A stretch of 64,000 nucleotides of DNA from positions 79,546,001 through 79,610,000 of the forward strand of contig OZ320313.1 of assembly GCA_976226885.1 (NCBI GenBank). Direction: 5' to 3'. This document shows, piece after piece, positions 1 to 13,333 of the stretch (position 1 is its first letter; the number at the start of each line of letters is the position of its first letter). The notes beneath the pieces are model-generated. The model searched no databases and was not told where the DNA came from. It saw only the letters and a program-made list of their open reading frames with translations. This DNA is from Iphione sp. A-MEVVRFRX5. Lineage: Eukaryota. A program made the position numbers and the translations under genes.

Positions 1-3
1 AAG

Positions 4-107
4 GTGGATGTATGCACATGGCTTGTCCTCGCTGTGGGTTCGAGTGGTGCTGGCAGTGTAGCACCGAATGGAACAGAGACTGTCAAAGCGACCACTGGTT
101 TGGGTGA
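4..107 (+). CDS. PRKN: Parkin RBR E3 ubiquitin ligase, last coding exon (RING2/Rcat C-terminus); rest of gene lies left of the window
   Basis: Translates (G)[33 protein letters not shown], matching the parkin C-terminus (human [35 protein letters not shown]). AG at 2-3 gives a phase-1 acceptor; TGA at 105-107. Too short for the ORF track. Confidence 0.93.
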
Positions 108-2642
108 CTGGTAATTTCTAGGTATATATTGAAGTAGTGGCAAATACGTCACGTGATCAAATGCTACATACAGTTAATTAAAGTGTAATCCTTAATTTAT
201 TATGCACCCGATATTTTTCTGCTTATTCATCTGCTGTGATTTGATATAAAATTGTCCTTTACCAACTGCAGCGTGATTAATATATTCCACTATTTTGCTA
301 ATAATAGATTACCAAAACGCTTTTAGTTATTGGTGGCTACGTATGCATGTACGGCTGATCCTCTGTACATGATGCCACCGCCACAGGTGCTGTGGAAGAA
401 TTCCATGTTGCCAGAGTTACAAAACCTTAGTTCAGTTGTTGTACACTAGGTGGATACCTGAGATGTTATGCTTTCAAGTAGGTTATAGCTTCTTTTCTCC
501 TCGTTTTTATAATATTTCTCCGGAAGAAGTAAGCCTACGCTATGAAATGTTGGACAAAAAACTGCCATTAAATGTCTACTTTATCAAACTCACTCTCCTG
601 TAGTTTTGATGTTCATCCTCTGAATTATTCTTTATGATATATATTTACCGTGGCCTGTGTCATAGAAACCAACCAGTAGGTACAAATCATTTGCCAATGT
701 TTCTTTCAAGTCTGAAATAATAGAGCTGGCTGGAGTTTCAACAGCTTGCAAGTCCTTCTAGCCTCGGACTTCCAATATTGGAAGCAGTGTTTTCTCTTTC
801 ATTCTACTATCTTGTTCTCCGGAAAAATTGCATTTGTCATCCAAAGTTCATTCAGCGACCGCGCTGTTGAGTTCTGGGTTGTAGTTTCCTTCCAATAATA
901 TTAAGCTGTGTATGTGGGGCACATGTTGAGTTTGTGTGAGGCAGGTGTTGGTGGTTTACAGAAAGCTATGACGCTGTCATCCCTGTAGTTATCAGTTGAC
1001 AACGGTCGAGTAGCAAGTGTGTGTTACCCAGCCAGCCAGCAAGGGGGAGTGAATGTGCATGTCTTTGCTGCTCTGTCTCCGGTACTGTATGTCTGTCTGT
1101 CACACTCCCACACTATGACATGCATGTTATGTGCATGCGCGCGCACGCACACACACATACATATGCGTGCATGGACTATGCATCTTGATCGAGTCCTTGT
1201 TCTATATCTTCCTTCCATGTCTCCCTCCTACCCCCATCGCTGCTTGACGTATTTAGCTTGCCCTCACTCATCACCTCCCCTACACCATCCCTACCTTACC
1301 CTCGACTCCATTCTTTCCCATTTATCTCACTCTTCCCATCTTTATTCTATTAAATGACACTATCTCATCCCCTCTCCCAACCATTCCTTCATTCATGATG
1401 TCCCAATCTATCCCACACTTCCCTTACGCCCGACTTCTCATTCACTCTGCCCAGTTCTTAGTAGGTTGTGGTGGTGGAGGTCGTGGTAAGTTATGCATGT
1501 GCACGTAGGTATTTAAAGTTGAATCCCGGATCTCTAGGCAATGTAGACATCACGGATTCTGGAAAATTCCATACAAAATAGACTTTTTCTTCTATTAACT
1601 GTTTCAGGGACTGGCTATTTCAAATTCAAATATTCTGCACATTCACCCATGGACAGCACAATTCAAGACCCAAAGGAGAAATCCCGGGTAGCATTGCACT
1701 TTTGCTTTGAAATCTCAGCTGTCTGAGTGGGATTGTAGGCGTGGTAGCAGTTTGGGTAGCAGTAGCACAAATGGGCAACAAAGGAGACAACTCACGAAAA
1801 AAATACACAACATTACTCATGAAAAACTGCACAACACATCAAGTAACGTTAAAACTGCACTACACCAATTACTCATGCAAAAGTGTACAACATAGAGATT
1901 ATACAAATATAACAGATATACAGCAAAATCTAACGATATTGGCTGATCTGAACATCTTCCTATCTGGACAGATTCTGCTCAGATCCTTACTAATCCGGAT
2001 TGGTGATCCACTGTACATGTGTTTTGATAATGGTGCCGGCAGTCATTGATGTGTGTGCACATGTCTGTGAGAGAGGGAGAAAACCTAAAGCAGTCTGGTA
2101 CTGAATGTAAATGAGTCCCAAAAGGGTGAAGAAGTGAAGAATTTTGTGTGCGTCAGACTAATCTAGGCTATGCTGTGAGCTGCAATGTGGAGATCAGGAT
2201 CACTCAGTAGTACATCCTAACATTCACTTTCTTACCTGTCTATCCGCCTGCCCATGTGACAGCCTCACCAGCGATTATCATGCCGTGTCTGATCAAGGCA
2301 CCTACCACACTGACCAGTACCTAATGCAATTTCTGCGCATGCGCGGGATATTGGTGGTCACCTGAGCGCACGTCTCCTGTAAATATATCTGACTAAAGAA
2401 GTATTAAGGAAGACAGGAAGCAGTGCGACTATATCACAGGGTTTGTGAATATATATGGACTTCACACGAATATATTCTTGACGAATCCTGAGGTAGACTA
2501 CAGTACAAGGACTGTTTTTAAGCTGAGTATGATTACTGACGTGATTTCAAAGTGAGACGTTACATCTTACGTCATAGTGCCTCGCTCTGGCTCCAACTGT
2601 GATTATTTGAATTTCCTACGAAAGGATATTTTTTTGAACATC

Positions 2643-3512
2643 ATGTCATTCAAAAAGTTCAATCAAAAGAAGAAAGGTGATCAAGCAAACCAGACTGAAC
2701 CGACTGATCCTGAACAACCATCAACTAGCAGTGATTTCAAAGGTTTTACACCAGAAGAAGTCAAGAAGGCAGAGGCGACTTCAAAGCAAGTTGATGAACA
2801 GGCACAGACAAGAGTCAAGGAACTTGCCTCTGAAGAAGTTCCAAGTAGTAGCAGTGTTTCTCTCTACAATAGTACAAGTGAAGTACGTACAGTAAATGTG
2901 GCCACTCCGAAGACACAGTCGTCAACAACCACAACCGTACTTAGGGTATGAAGAAAGCACTGAAGGAAGTTATTACGAGCGAAGCTACGACTTCAGCGAT
3001 CAACTCGGCTGTACGAGATGCGGTTTCCGAGGCCTTTGAAGAAGTCATGGGAAACATCTCTAGTCTCTGATGAGCAGAAGAAGACACAAATCCAAGCCCA
3101 AGAGAATACCAATAGGATTCTACAGGTCGAGCAGCAACTAAAGAACAAGGGTTTTCATATATATGGATTGCGTGACAACGACTCAGATGAGAGGGATGTT
3201 TTACAGCTGTTCAAAGATATGGATGTCTGGCCTGAGATTTTACCAAGGGACATTGATATATTATATCGAGTCGGAAGGGCAGCAGGGAGTACAACAGATC
3301 ATCCTAGACCACTTTTTATCAGCTTTGTCCGTGAGTTCAGCATCTTCATAAATGAGGATTTATCATTAGATAACAGAAACAGATATTTTTTGGCTAGGAC
3401 GAGGGTCAAAGAGGGAGTCATCTTTTCTACATGGACCCAGAATGGAGTGGTTTATGTGAAAAAGACAGCAACAGGTCTTGGTGAAGTCTTTGACCCCACA
3501 GTACATCACTAA
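2643..3512 (+). pseudogene. LINE ORF1p remnant (coiled coil plus RRM-like/L1-transposase-like C-terminal domain)
   Basis: Motifs FHIYGL, DIDILYRVG, RPLFISF, IFINEDLS, WTQNGVVYVK are typical of CR1/L2-group ORF1p. At least two frameshifts (about 2945 and 3065) and an apparent in-frame deletion between ISFVR and IFINEDL. Confidence 0.78.
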
Positions 3513-3769
3513 AGTACCTACCAGTTGACTGAACTGGTTAACGTTCGAACAGTTAATCGGGACTGTAAAAGTACCTGAATTAATCGACAATGTAATTTAA
3601 CAAAGAATTGACAATATGATGACAATGTTATTACTTGACAAAAGTACACAGTATGTACCATGAATAAACTTGACAAGTAAAATTTTCATAATAACGTTGA
3701 TATATTTCAACAACAACGTAACGTAGTAACGTAGAATGACATCATTGGGTGATGTAACAGTGATGAAGC

Positions 3770-3883
3770 GGTTAAGTTCATTTTGTGGATTTTGTCTCAA
3801 GGTTTAAGCCCAAAGTCGAGGGCTGATAGGCCCGAGGCTGAGGGCTTAAACCTTGAGACAAAATCCACAAAATGAACTTAACC
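3770..3883. repeat. Perfect 42-bp inverted repeat with 30-bp spacer (foldback/MITE-like core)
   Basis: 3770-3811 ggttaagttcattttgtggattttgtctcaaggtttaagccc is the exact reverse complement of 3842-3883. Confidence 0.92.
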
Positions 3884-4627
3884 ACTGTTCTAACAACAAG
3901 GAGGATAATTTGTATTTATTTTAGTGTTTTAAATGTAAGAAATCAGAATTGTAATAAATACAAAACTACCACTATGGTTTGTCAACAACAGAAAACACAC
4001 TAAAATAACATTTTAACTTAAACAAATGATAATTACATTTCAGTTTAGTATCTAATAAATCTCAAATGTGAATCTTTACAAATAATGAAACCATTTTTAC
4101 AATTCTGATATGTTGGAACATTTTTGGGTCCCGAGACCCATGCCCCGCTTGTGTCCACTGCGCTCTATGGAGAATGTCACGGCCCGAGTGTTAGAACGTA
4201 AGACAATTGTATAACGATAGGTGGTGCCAATGGTTAAAGTAGAAGTGCTGAACGATACTTGATGTATTGATGTGATGTTTAGGTTCCTGCCTGATTAACT
4301 ATTTACAATGTCAGGTATGACACTGCAACTAGTATTTCTAATTACATTCATCAATATTTTCATGTACTATGCGCAACAATTGCATTACATTTTGTAATTT
4401 GCTTGAATAACAGGAGATCCAAACTCATGGCTCAGACCTCCGTGGTGCACTCAAAAATGAGTGCAGGTTGCATTAGTAACAACTCCTATGTTATATGCAG
4501 AGTTTACTTGCTTACCTGTATCTTAGTATAGTAGGTAATATGCAGAGATTACTTGTTTATCTGTACTTAAATATAGTATGTCTTACGTACAATTGCAATG
4601 ATACAATCCATTAGTGACATCAACCAT

Positions 4628-7449
4628 AGAGGAATCAACATTGTATATACTAATATTAGAAGTATCAGAAATAAGATTACAAATCTCCAATTGGAATTTG
4701 CTAGCAACAATAAAGATATTATACGTTTTACAAAATTCAGATATCCAAGACAATGAAATCAAAATTCCAAATTACCTATACCACGCATAGACATGACCGA
4801 AATGTTAATGGAAAGAAAGGAGGAGGAATTATAGTATATACGAAGAAAGCGACTAGAGCAAAAGTAAATGTAATTATAGAGGGTACTTATACTACTGAAA
4901 ATATAGAAATACTGTCGTTATCACTGAAATACCCCAAGAAAATAGTGATCTGCTGTATTTATAGGCCGCCTGCAGCCAGTATACCTGAATTTTTTGATTC
5001 ACTGCAGAATACCATTGACCATATTTGTACAGGAAAAGAACTTATTATAGTTGGTGACCTGAACATTAACAATCTCAACAAGAGTGCTGGTGAATTAAAG
5101 TATCTTAGAAATCCTGAAAGAACGAATGGTATAACTAACTTATTAACAGGTCCAACTAGAGTGACTATGAAAACAAAAACAAAAATAGATTATATAATGA
5201 CCAATGCCCCTCACTTATATCAAACGAAAGGTATATTGAACAACGACTTGTCTGATCATGAATGGCTTTATGTAAAGAGGAGGAGAAACAATATCAAACC
5301 GGTGTATCTTGAACGTGAATGTAGAGATTTCAACAACTACAATCCGAATCAACTAAGCAACGAAATATTGAATGCTGTAGATAATGCAACATTAAACAAC
5401 AATGATGTGAACGCTTTTAGTAGTCAACTCGAACATATCATAAGCAGTAAAATTGATGAATGTATACCTATTACCAGAAAAAGAATCCCTGTCAATATGC
5501 CAAGGTGGATAACAAACGATATTATTAAATTAGTTAAAAAAATCAAAGAAAACAAAGGCAGGCAAGGAGATATCCAACAGAATTGAATATTATACAAGCA
5601 AGAACGGCCCGTAACGCTTATAACTCCAAACTGAGACAGGCCAAGGTATCTTATATCACGTTAAAATTGCAAGAGTATAAGAATGACTCAAGTTTATATT
5701 GGAAAGTTTTAAGAGATGTACTACCAAGCAAGAAGAAAGATGAAAACATTATTCAAAATATTACTGTTGACGGTCACATGATTACGGATGCATTGGACAT
5801 AGCAAATGAAATGAATGTTTTTTTCAGTAATATTGGAGTACAAACGCAAAAAGCTATACCAAAATGTAACGCTTCATTTCCTTTACAGGAACGTGGCACA
5901 AGGTTTGATGAATTAAGACAATGTACAGAGAAAGAAATAAGAGATATATTCGGTTCACTAAAAAATACCAAACCTACTGGTATGAATTTAGTACCCATGA
6001 GAGTTATTAAAGACTTAAAAGGTGTATTATCGAAAATATTGACTCCACTGTATAATAGAGTGATGCAAAGTGGAATAATTCCAGATTCCTGGAAAAATGC
6101 GGTAATAACACCATTGCATAAAAGTGGTAAAACTGATGTAATGAGCAACTATAGACTAATCTCAGTATTGAATTTTTATCATAAAATAATAGAGAAACTA
6201 CTGCATACCAGGACGATGGAATATATTCACAGAAATCATCCACTTGATCAATATCAAGGTGGATACAGATGCAATTGCTCTACAATGTATATGGCGCAAC
6301 ATATCGTAGACTCTCTATGTGAAGAAAAAGCAAAAAGGAAAACTACTATAGCAGTGTTCATTGACATAAGCAAGGCATTCGATTCAATTTCTCATAAGAA
6401 TATTATATCGAAATTACATGTAAACGGCTTTCGAGGTACTGTATTAGAGATTTTTTATGAACTATTTAACTAACAGAAAACAAAGAACTAAATTGAACAA
6501 TAGACTGTTGGATTCTGAATCTGTTAAAATAAGGGTACCTCAAGGGTCAGTCTTAGGTCCGCTACTGTTCATCATCTATATAAACGACCTAGCAAATATC
6601 CTACGACCTCTGACATACTCAATGTTTGCAGATGATACTGTGTTTCTAGTATCTGGCTACAATAAAAAACAACTTTGTAATGAGGCAACGTCAGCAGAGT
6701 ATACAACGAGTATACAAAGGGATGTGTGTAAATGAACTATCAATGAACACCAAGAAAACTGAATATATGGTAGTACCAGCAAGCTTGTCTATAGATATAT
6801 TTAAATATAATGTGCAAGTAAATGACAGAGTACTGAACAGAGTGTATGACTATAAATATCTAGGATTGATCATTGATGACCGTCTTATATTTCAAAAGCA
6901 TTGTATTTATGTGGGGAAAAAGCTAAAAACACAAACATATTCCTTATTACGAGCCGGTAAATATCTTCCCAAGTAAAATTCGTTTAATGCTTGTAAAAAT
7001 GTACATTCAACATGCTGATTATATTGATATTGTTTGGTCGCATGTTACAAAAAAGAATATAGATAGTCTACAAAGAATTATAACCAGAGCAATAAAAGAT
7101 GCACTATGTATTCCAAAATTAACACCCACAAATACTGTGTACTCTGAAGCAGAAATTATGACTATTACTGATAGCATTGTGCTCCATCAGTTAGTACAGG
7201 GTTATAAAGCTTCCATTGGAGTCTTACCTGAATTTTTACAGAAAAAAATACAAAAAACGAGATATAGAATATGGTCTGAGAGGTAAAATCTACGAATTAT
7301 TTGAATTTCCTAAAGAAGCTGCTGGATTTATTACGAAAACATCATATTACAAAATTATTACTCAATGGAACAGATGGAAGCTATATTCCCAAGACTTCAA
7401 TTCAATAATACAATTTAAGAGAGAATTGAAAAGAAACTGGTTAGAGTGA
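4628..7449 (+). pseudogene. LINE ORF2p remnant: APE endonuclease plus reverse transcriptase, multiply frameshifted
   Basis: EN motifs TNIRS, GGGIIVY, IYRPP, VGDLNIN, PTRVT..KIDYI, SDH; RT motifs YRLISVL, FIDISKAFDSISH, VPQGSVLGPLLFIIYINDL, FADDT, YKYLGLIID, split over six or more reading-frame pieces (ORF track 4753, 5583, 6457, 6680, 6987, 7216). Confidence 0.93.
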
Positions 7450-10400
7450 AAGCCTGCTAATCTTCAAGTGTATTAAAAGCCACTATCCCAGAAAATAAAT
7501 AACAAAGAAATGTTTCAATGCTAAATGTACATGATATATCATTGGAAATTGAATTTGTAATATCCTTGACAAAAGCATTGTTCTGGTACTATATACTATG
7601 CTACTGAAGGTGCATAACAATCGAAATAGTACAATTAATTATTGAACTTAAGTAACAATTGGATTTGTATTATTATCCTATATCCTGAATGTGCTTGACA
7701 ATATGTGCAACTTCCGCCGAATAATGTGGTGGTTGTAGAAATTTGAAATAAAAAAAAATGCCAGTTCTAGACATCACAGAGCCTCCACTGGTTTTAAAGG
7801 CTTTGTATAGTGGGGATCCGATGACCTACTCACTGGATACACTGATCCCCTCTGATCAGTTTTTACCCGTTTTGTACCGTCACAGACGAGGACAGAGTAG
7901 CCACGTCTCAACTCTCGAACAGTACGCAGTCTTATTTATGCAGTAAGTTATCCCATATACATTTGAATGCTGCATCCATACAGGCGAAGCAAGGGACACA
8001 ACATGCATAAAATTTAGTGCAAAACTCATTTCTGTAAGCCTAGAGTGGTAAATTTGGTTAAACAGTTTTTCCAGATGCCTATTGCTGCAGTATGATTTTA
8101 CGGAGGCTAGGATTAAAATAAAATCTCTTGCTGGGGGAATCCTTGGCAAAAAACAATCGCGAGTTCCCCCTCCCCGGGAAACACCGCTGGTCAGACTGCA
8201 CTGAGGAACTTACTGTTCTCCGAGCTCTGGGGGGCACCTTGGAATGCTGCTGTTTGTGGGTCACTTCACTGTCGAACAAAAATATGTATGATGATATCTG
8301 TATACTTATTAGACTACAGTTCTTGGTGTGGTGGCAGTAGGGTAAATTTTAGATGAGACAGTTTATAAAAAAAATCCAGTTTAATCCATGCAATGCCCTT
8401 TAATTGGCCCTGCACACATGCACTGTAATTTGTAAATGATCTGTTTGTGTTCTGATTGGGGGAAAGGCTGTCCGTACCTTATCCTTGATGGCAGTCGGCA
8501 TTAGACATTGAGCTGGAAATCATTGATAAGCATATACATTCAGATGAAATACAAACGGATTCAAAAGGGGAAAAACCCCCAATTCACTCCACTGTCGTCA
8601 CTTGGTTAGAGCTAAATAGTACAAGCTGCGTACGTGTGAATTATATGAACGTTGGTGAAACTTGTATGTTCTACGAGGGGTACTGATACTTGTATGTTCT
8701 ACGAGGGGTGCTGCAGCTGAACAGTTATGATGCACCAATGATGCACCAATGGTCAGGCTACGAGACCAGGACAGTGTCCGTTGGAGATGGAACATAGTTT
8801 TTAACCTGTATAGACGATTATTCTACCCAAAGTGCCCGTCCATACCCAGCCACACACGGCATAAATATCCATAGCCTTTGCGTCTTCCATGCAGCTAACC
8901 ATAAAAAAAACCCCTAAACCTTAACCGCATGTTGAGAAGGCAAGCATGGTACTTTTGATTCATTTGATCAATCACCAGTTACAACAAGTTAAAAATGTAC
9001 CTGTTGTATTGGAGGTTCTTGGGTTACTTAAATTCTTCAGCTACTGGCAACTTGAGCGCATTTACTTATAAGTTTTCAAAAGAAAGTTTTTCGTTTGAGC
9101 AGTCAAGGCAATATTCGTTCTCGGGATGTTTTTGTTCAACTCAAAAATTACCCGTAGAAGGTGCTGTTGAGCAATAAATTAACCTAATCTACAGAGAATT
9201 ATGCTTTGTATTTGATATGTAACCAGTTTATTTCCTAACAACAGGGATACATGTGTGCATGTATCTAATCCATTTCCTTAAGAAGCCATTTGGGTAGCTA
9301 ACAAGTGGTTTGAACACTTTCCAGTCTCAGCAATCTCGGGTGCCACATCTGTCTAACGTCTTCTGTCCACAGATGAGTTTAAACTACTAGTGGTCATTAG
9401 CATCAACTGTACATGAGCTTATACTAAACATATTTTAGGATGGGCCATGTCCACTCTAAATAAAAAAACATTTTTTGTCCAAGCAATTTTTAAAATAGAC
9501 GACGCCATACCCAATGATTATTCATAAAACGTTTATTGACTACGTGATCCTACAAATTTGGTTTCATCTTCGTCGACTCCCGCATCGTGACTCGTATATC
9601 AAATAGAACATAGCACCCTACTTGTTTTCCTAAGGACTTAGGATGCATAATACAGTACACATAGAAACTAAGGGAAACAATCTACGTCTGCCTGGTCCGT
9701 CTGACCTCATAACTAATCCAATACAATTTGTGTAAATATCGTATTTTTCTTTGAGTTGGTCAAATCCTCTGTGTCTGTGATGGATGAAAAGAATGGTAAA
9801 GTGTCTTTAAGGATTCATCACCACTCGCTCTACATACAGTGGACTAAAACTAAGGACACCCTGATAGGAGTCGCTAGGTTGAGGGTATGTAAAAATAAAA
9901 AAAAAAGCGTAGATGATGACTGGCATAAATGATCACTGATGTAACTAAATGGAGGGTATATGGAAAAATATAAACGACCTACGTTCTAACTTTGGTGATC
10001 TATCGATATACATAGCATCAACCAGTAGTTGGCTGTCGACTCATGACAATGGATGATGGATGAGGATTTTAAACACAGCATACCGGGGAGGGGAAACATG
10101 ACAAATAAACGGTTGAGTACAAGGGGAAACATACTGCGTAACAAACAACTAGGTGATCCCGCCCTACACAACTGAACTCAATGAAATAAAACTAGCAAGA
10201 TCAATACGAGTAAAGTTTTTTTTTGGTGGCCAGCATGCTTTCTTTGCATTGTACTGTAAGAGTACAGAAGTGACCGATTACCCCAGGGAGTTCCTCAGTG
10301 GGTTCAGAGAAGATCTGTTGAATGAAGATATTTGGCAAGGGTAATACTGTCTAAAAACCTACAAAATAATAAAAACAACGATGGTGCATGCTCTTTAACA

Positions 10401-10822
10401 TTCAAGTTGAAGAGGATCCCATAGTTTCCTTTCACTTTTTTTAACTTCAAGTTTATAGGAAGATAACCCACAAACACTATAAATTAGTTAACATAGCATT
10501 ATGCATTACATTTATGAAGAATAATTTTCTCCCATTTCAAAATGAGCTGAAATCTGTCCATGTCTTCCCATGTGGTAGATGGGGTAGTGATTAGCTCATG
10601 CTGCATATAAAATGATCCTCCCATATGAGACTGCTTTTCAGAATCAGAACTAAACCTTCAGTTGTCGACAACACTGCTGAAAGGTCTGTTACTCAACACA
10701 AACATTCTAAAGTAGCAAATAAAACTGTACTAACTCGAATAGGAAGCACAAAGCGGAAAGGAAAACATTTTGAAGTTTACAGACATTACTGTACTAAGCG
10801 GCGTCCCATATAAATTGCCTCA

Positions 10823-12227
10823 TCATTCTGTTTCAGTTTTCTTTTCGTCATCATCTTCATCCTGTTGACTGCTGGCGCCCTCGTCAACGGTATCGATAAC
10901 TAATGGCCCACTGTCTCTTGACCTCACCATTGAACTAGATGGGCTTGATGAATTGTCATCATCGTTGTGCTCTTCCTCATCCTCCTCGTCATCATCATCC
11001 AGATCGATGACATCCTCCTGGTTGAAGGCGGGGCGGTTGGTTGAGTCCGGCCGGCCAGTTTGTGTGGAGTCAGTGTTTGCAGTCCAAGACGTAGTAACAT
11101 GTCCATTGACTATGATTCCAGTGCTCTCAGAGAGGTTCATCAAGGGCTTCGCATCGGTGCTGCTGGCCTCTGGGCAGGAGCTGTTGGCCGCCTCCGGCGG
11201 GTCATCGTCATCCTGGGTCAGGTCCAGTGAGTCGGTTGGAAACAAGCTGCTCGACGGCTCAGTCAGATCTACGCTATTATAGCCACTGTTCGAGTTCTTG
11301 GTGTAGACGACACTGCCAGTGGTGGTGAGGTAGTTCATAGTCGTGGTTGGCGGAGTTCCTGGTGAGGTGAGGTCTGTCACAACAACTGCATCTGGGGAGT
11401 CGCGCTCTGCGGCCGTGGTTGTCGGGCCTCCCTCCTCCTCCTCATCATCATCGTCTTTCCCGTCATCCCCGATGATAATAGGCGTGGTGTCGACAGGGAA
11501 GGTCAACAAATGTTTCACCTTTATGTCAGGCTGGTCTTCAGGCACGACCTGCGTGGGCTGGATTGACTGGAACAACACTTGTGAGTTTCCTTGAGTTGGT
11601 AGGTCAGTTACTAAGGCCGCACTGTCAAGTGCCGAGCCCTGTATTGTCAGTGGAAGTTTGACAGGGGTAGGCGAAGTGTCACGGAGGTTCAGGGAATCCT
11701 GTGTTGATGATGCCTCACCTGTGCCATCCATGTCGCTGGTGCCCGCGTCACTGTTACTTCTGGCGTTAACGCTGATGAGTTCAATCACCAGGCTGTCCAC
11801 CTTCTCGGGGTTGACCAGCGGCACATCCGGTACCAGCGTACGCAGTAGAAGCTGCACGTTGCGGCGGAGCGCCTCCAACTTGGACTCGGACACCATGAGC
11901 TGTCGCTTGAGCTCCATCTCGGCGGCGGAGGGGGAGCTGCTCCTACCGTTGTGGTCAGCTCCGGGCGGTGGTTTGATGTCACCCTGCCCATTGATGATCG
12001 GCTTCACGTCCTCTGGCGACCGACCGTATCGCCCCACTGAACTGTCCTCGTCGTCGGAGTCCAGCACCAGAAGCAGGGACCCATCGTTATTGCGCGTCTC
12101 TGTGTACGTGGTGGACTTCCTGGTCTTTTTTGTGTGGCTCGTCTCGTCGTCTCCATCAGAGTCACTCGCACTACCTACGAACCGATTGAGGTCTTTCCGT
12201 TTGCGTCCTCCTCGCGGCGATTTTTGT
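10823..12227 (-). CDS. MORC3: MORC3/4-like, terminal coding exon (basic NLS-like patch, coiled coil, acidic SIM-rich tail)
   Basis: Acceptor TTTTTATAG|A, phase 2, stop at 10823-10825. LEALRRNVQLLLRTLVPDVPL..VDSLV resembles the MORC3 C-terminal coiled-coil end (RTNVGQLLAMIVPDLDL). The symbol means MORC3/4 co-orthologue. Confidence 0.88.
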
Positions 12228-12520
12228 CTATAAAAACGGCGAAAAAGAAAACAAAGTGCCGACGTTATGGTTAGTAACAAAACGTTCCCCCCCCCCCCTG
12301 TAATTTGCATGTTGAAGAGTTACTGGTACGGGACACTTTAGTTCCATTTATGAGCTGTTATCAAGATGGTAAGATTGCGTTAAATCTCACCATTTAACAA
12401 AATAAAGTGCCTAGTGATTTCCTTAACATGACTATCCTAAAACCGAGATATTTTCCTTGTAGATTTTACTTAAGTGAAGATGCACATGAAATATGATCCA
12501 TAATTAAAACCAGGACATAC

Positions 12521-12558
12521 CCGCCCTCTGTCTTGATTTTAATAGGAGGCCCGAATTC
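12521..12558 (-). CDS. MORC3: MORC3/4-like 38-bp exon (EFGPPIKIKTEG)
   Basis: Acceptor TTTCATGTTGCAG|, donor |GTATGT; phase 0 to 2 joins the neighbouring exons; contains SUMO consensus IKTE. Confidence 0.75.
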
Positions 12559-12951
12559 CTGCAACATGAAATAAAGGTGCGGTTATTATACATACAAATA
12601 TACATGTATATGTGATATATTAAGAATAAAATGCCACATTACGTCCGATCGACAAACAGGTCCGATCGATTTCCAGAATGTCACACAAAGGAGACTACAA
12701 CTCAAACGTCTTTCTGGTTGGGCAGATGTGAAGTAAAACAACTAGTGATGAAATACACGCATACACAACTCCTACTTCTGACACCTGTCACCATAGCACA
12801 CCTGATAAATGTAGCCGCTTGTATAAAGATAAATATATGTGTCTGAATATATGGTCAGTAAAACCGAATTGAACCAAATCCAGTGAAGAAGGTACATGTG
12901 AATGTTTTATGGCTTTTCACCATGAAAAGTCATAACTTCAAGTGTACTTAC

Positions 12952-13116
12952 ACTTTTCACCTGGAAGCGAATGTTTGGGCGAGAAGGTCCTGCCTGTGGC
13001 ATCCTCATACGGAACTGGCCCATCCCCGGACGCTGGCCACGTAGGGGCACGATAGATAATCCCCTCTGTCCCCTCCCTGAACCATACGGCCCAGCAAGGA
13101 CGACGGCTCCCCGTCC
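12952..13116 (-). CDS. MORC3: MORC3/4-like 165-bp exon (G/R/P-rich linker GRGAVVLAGPYGSGRG...RFQVKS)
   Basis: Acceptor CCTGCCTTTGTAG|, donor |GTAAGT; open in phase 0 to 0. Confidence 0.7.
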
Positions 13117-13333
13117 CTACAAAGGCAGGAGAATCATCAGTTATAACAACATCAAAAATGAAAACAATTCACCGCATTCCTTCTCGATAGGGCTTTTCTG
13201 GTAATCCTAGACTTTCACTTTTTATTGTCGAAAGGACCTACTACTAACTAATACGGGGATGTCAAATTGCCGTTAAATATTATTCCTCATGTTTGGGAGA
13301 AAAAGCAATAACGAGAATGTGTAGTTGACGTAC

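Larger units (their letters stand above)
2336..7758 (+). mobile_element. Decayed non-LTR retrotransposon (LINE, CR1/L2-group type: ORF1 plus APE endonuclease-RT ORF2), near full length
   Basis: ORF1 and ORF2 remnants co-oriented; 3' end has AATAAA and an A-run at 7747-7758. The 5' boundary is a guess (GCGCATGCGC at about 2336); no TSD found. ORF1 and ORF2 are assumed to belong to one element despite a 1.1-kb gap. Confidence 0.8.

Noticed and set aside
12228-12310. N-terminus of the 495-aa ORF (MQITGGGGNVLLL...) as a gene start
   Set aside because: It is intronic poly-G and pyrimidine tract; the real entry is the acceptor at 12227.
13173-13206. Alternative 34-bp phase 2-to-0 exon (ITRKALSRRNA)
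   Set aside because: Purine-rich, weak acceptor and only a 56-bp downstream intron; the 31-bp exon has better signals. Not fully excluded.
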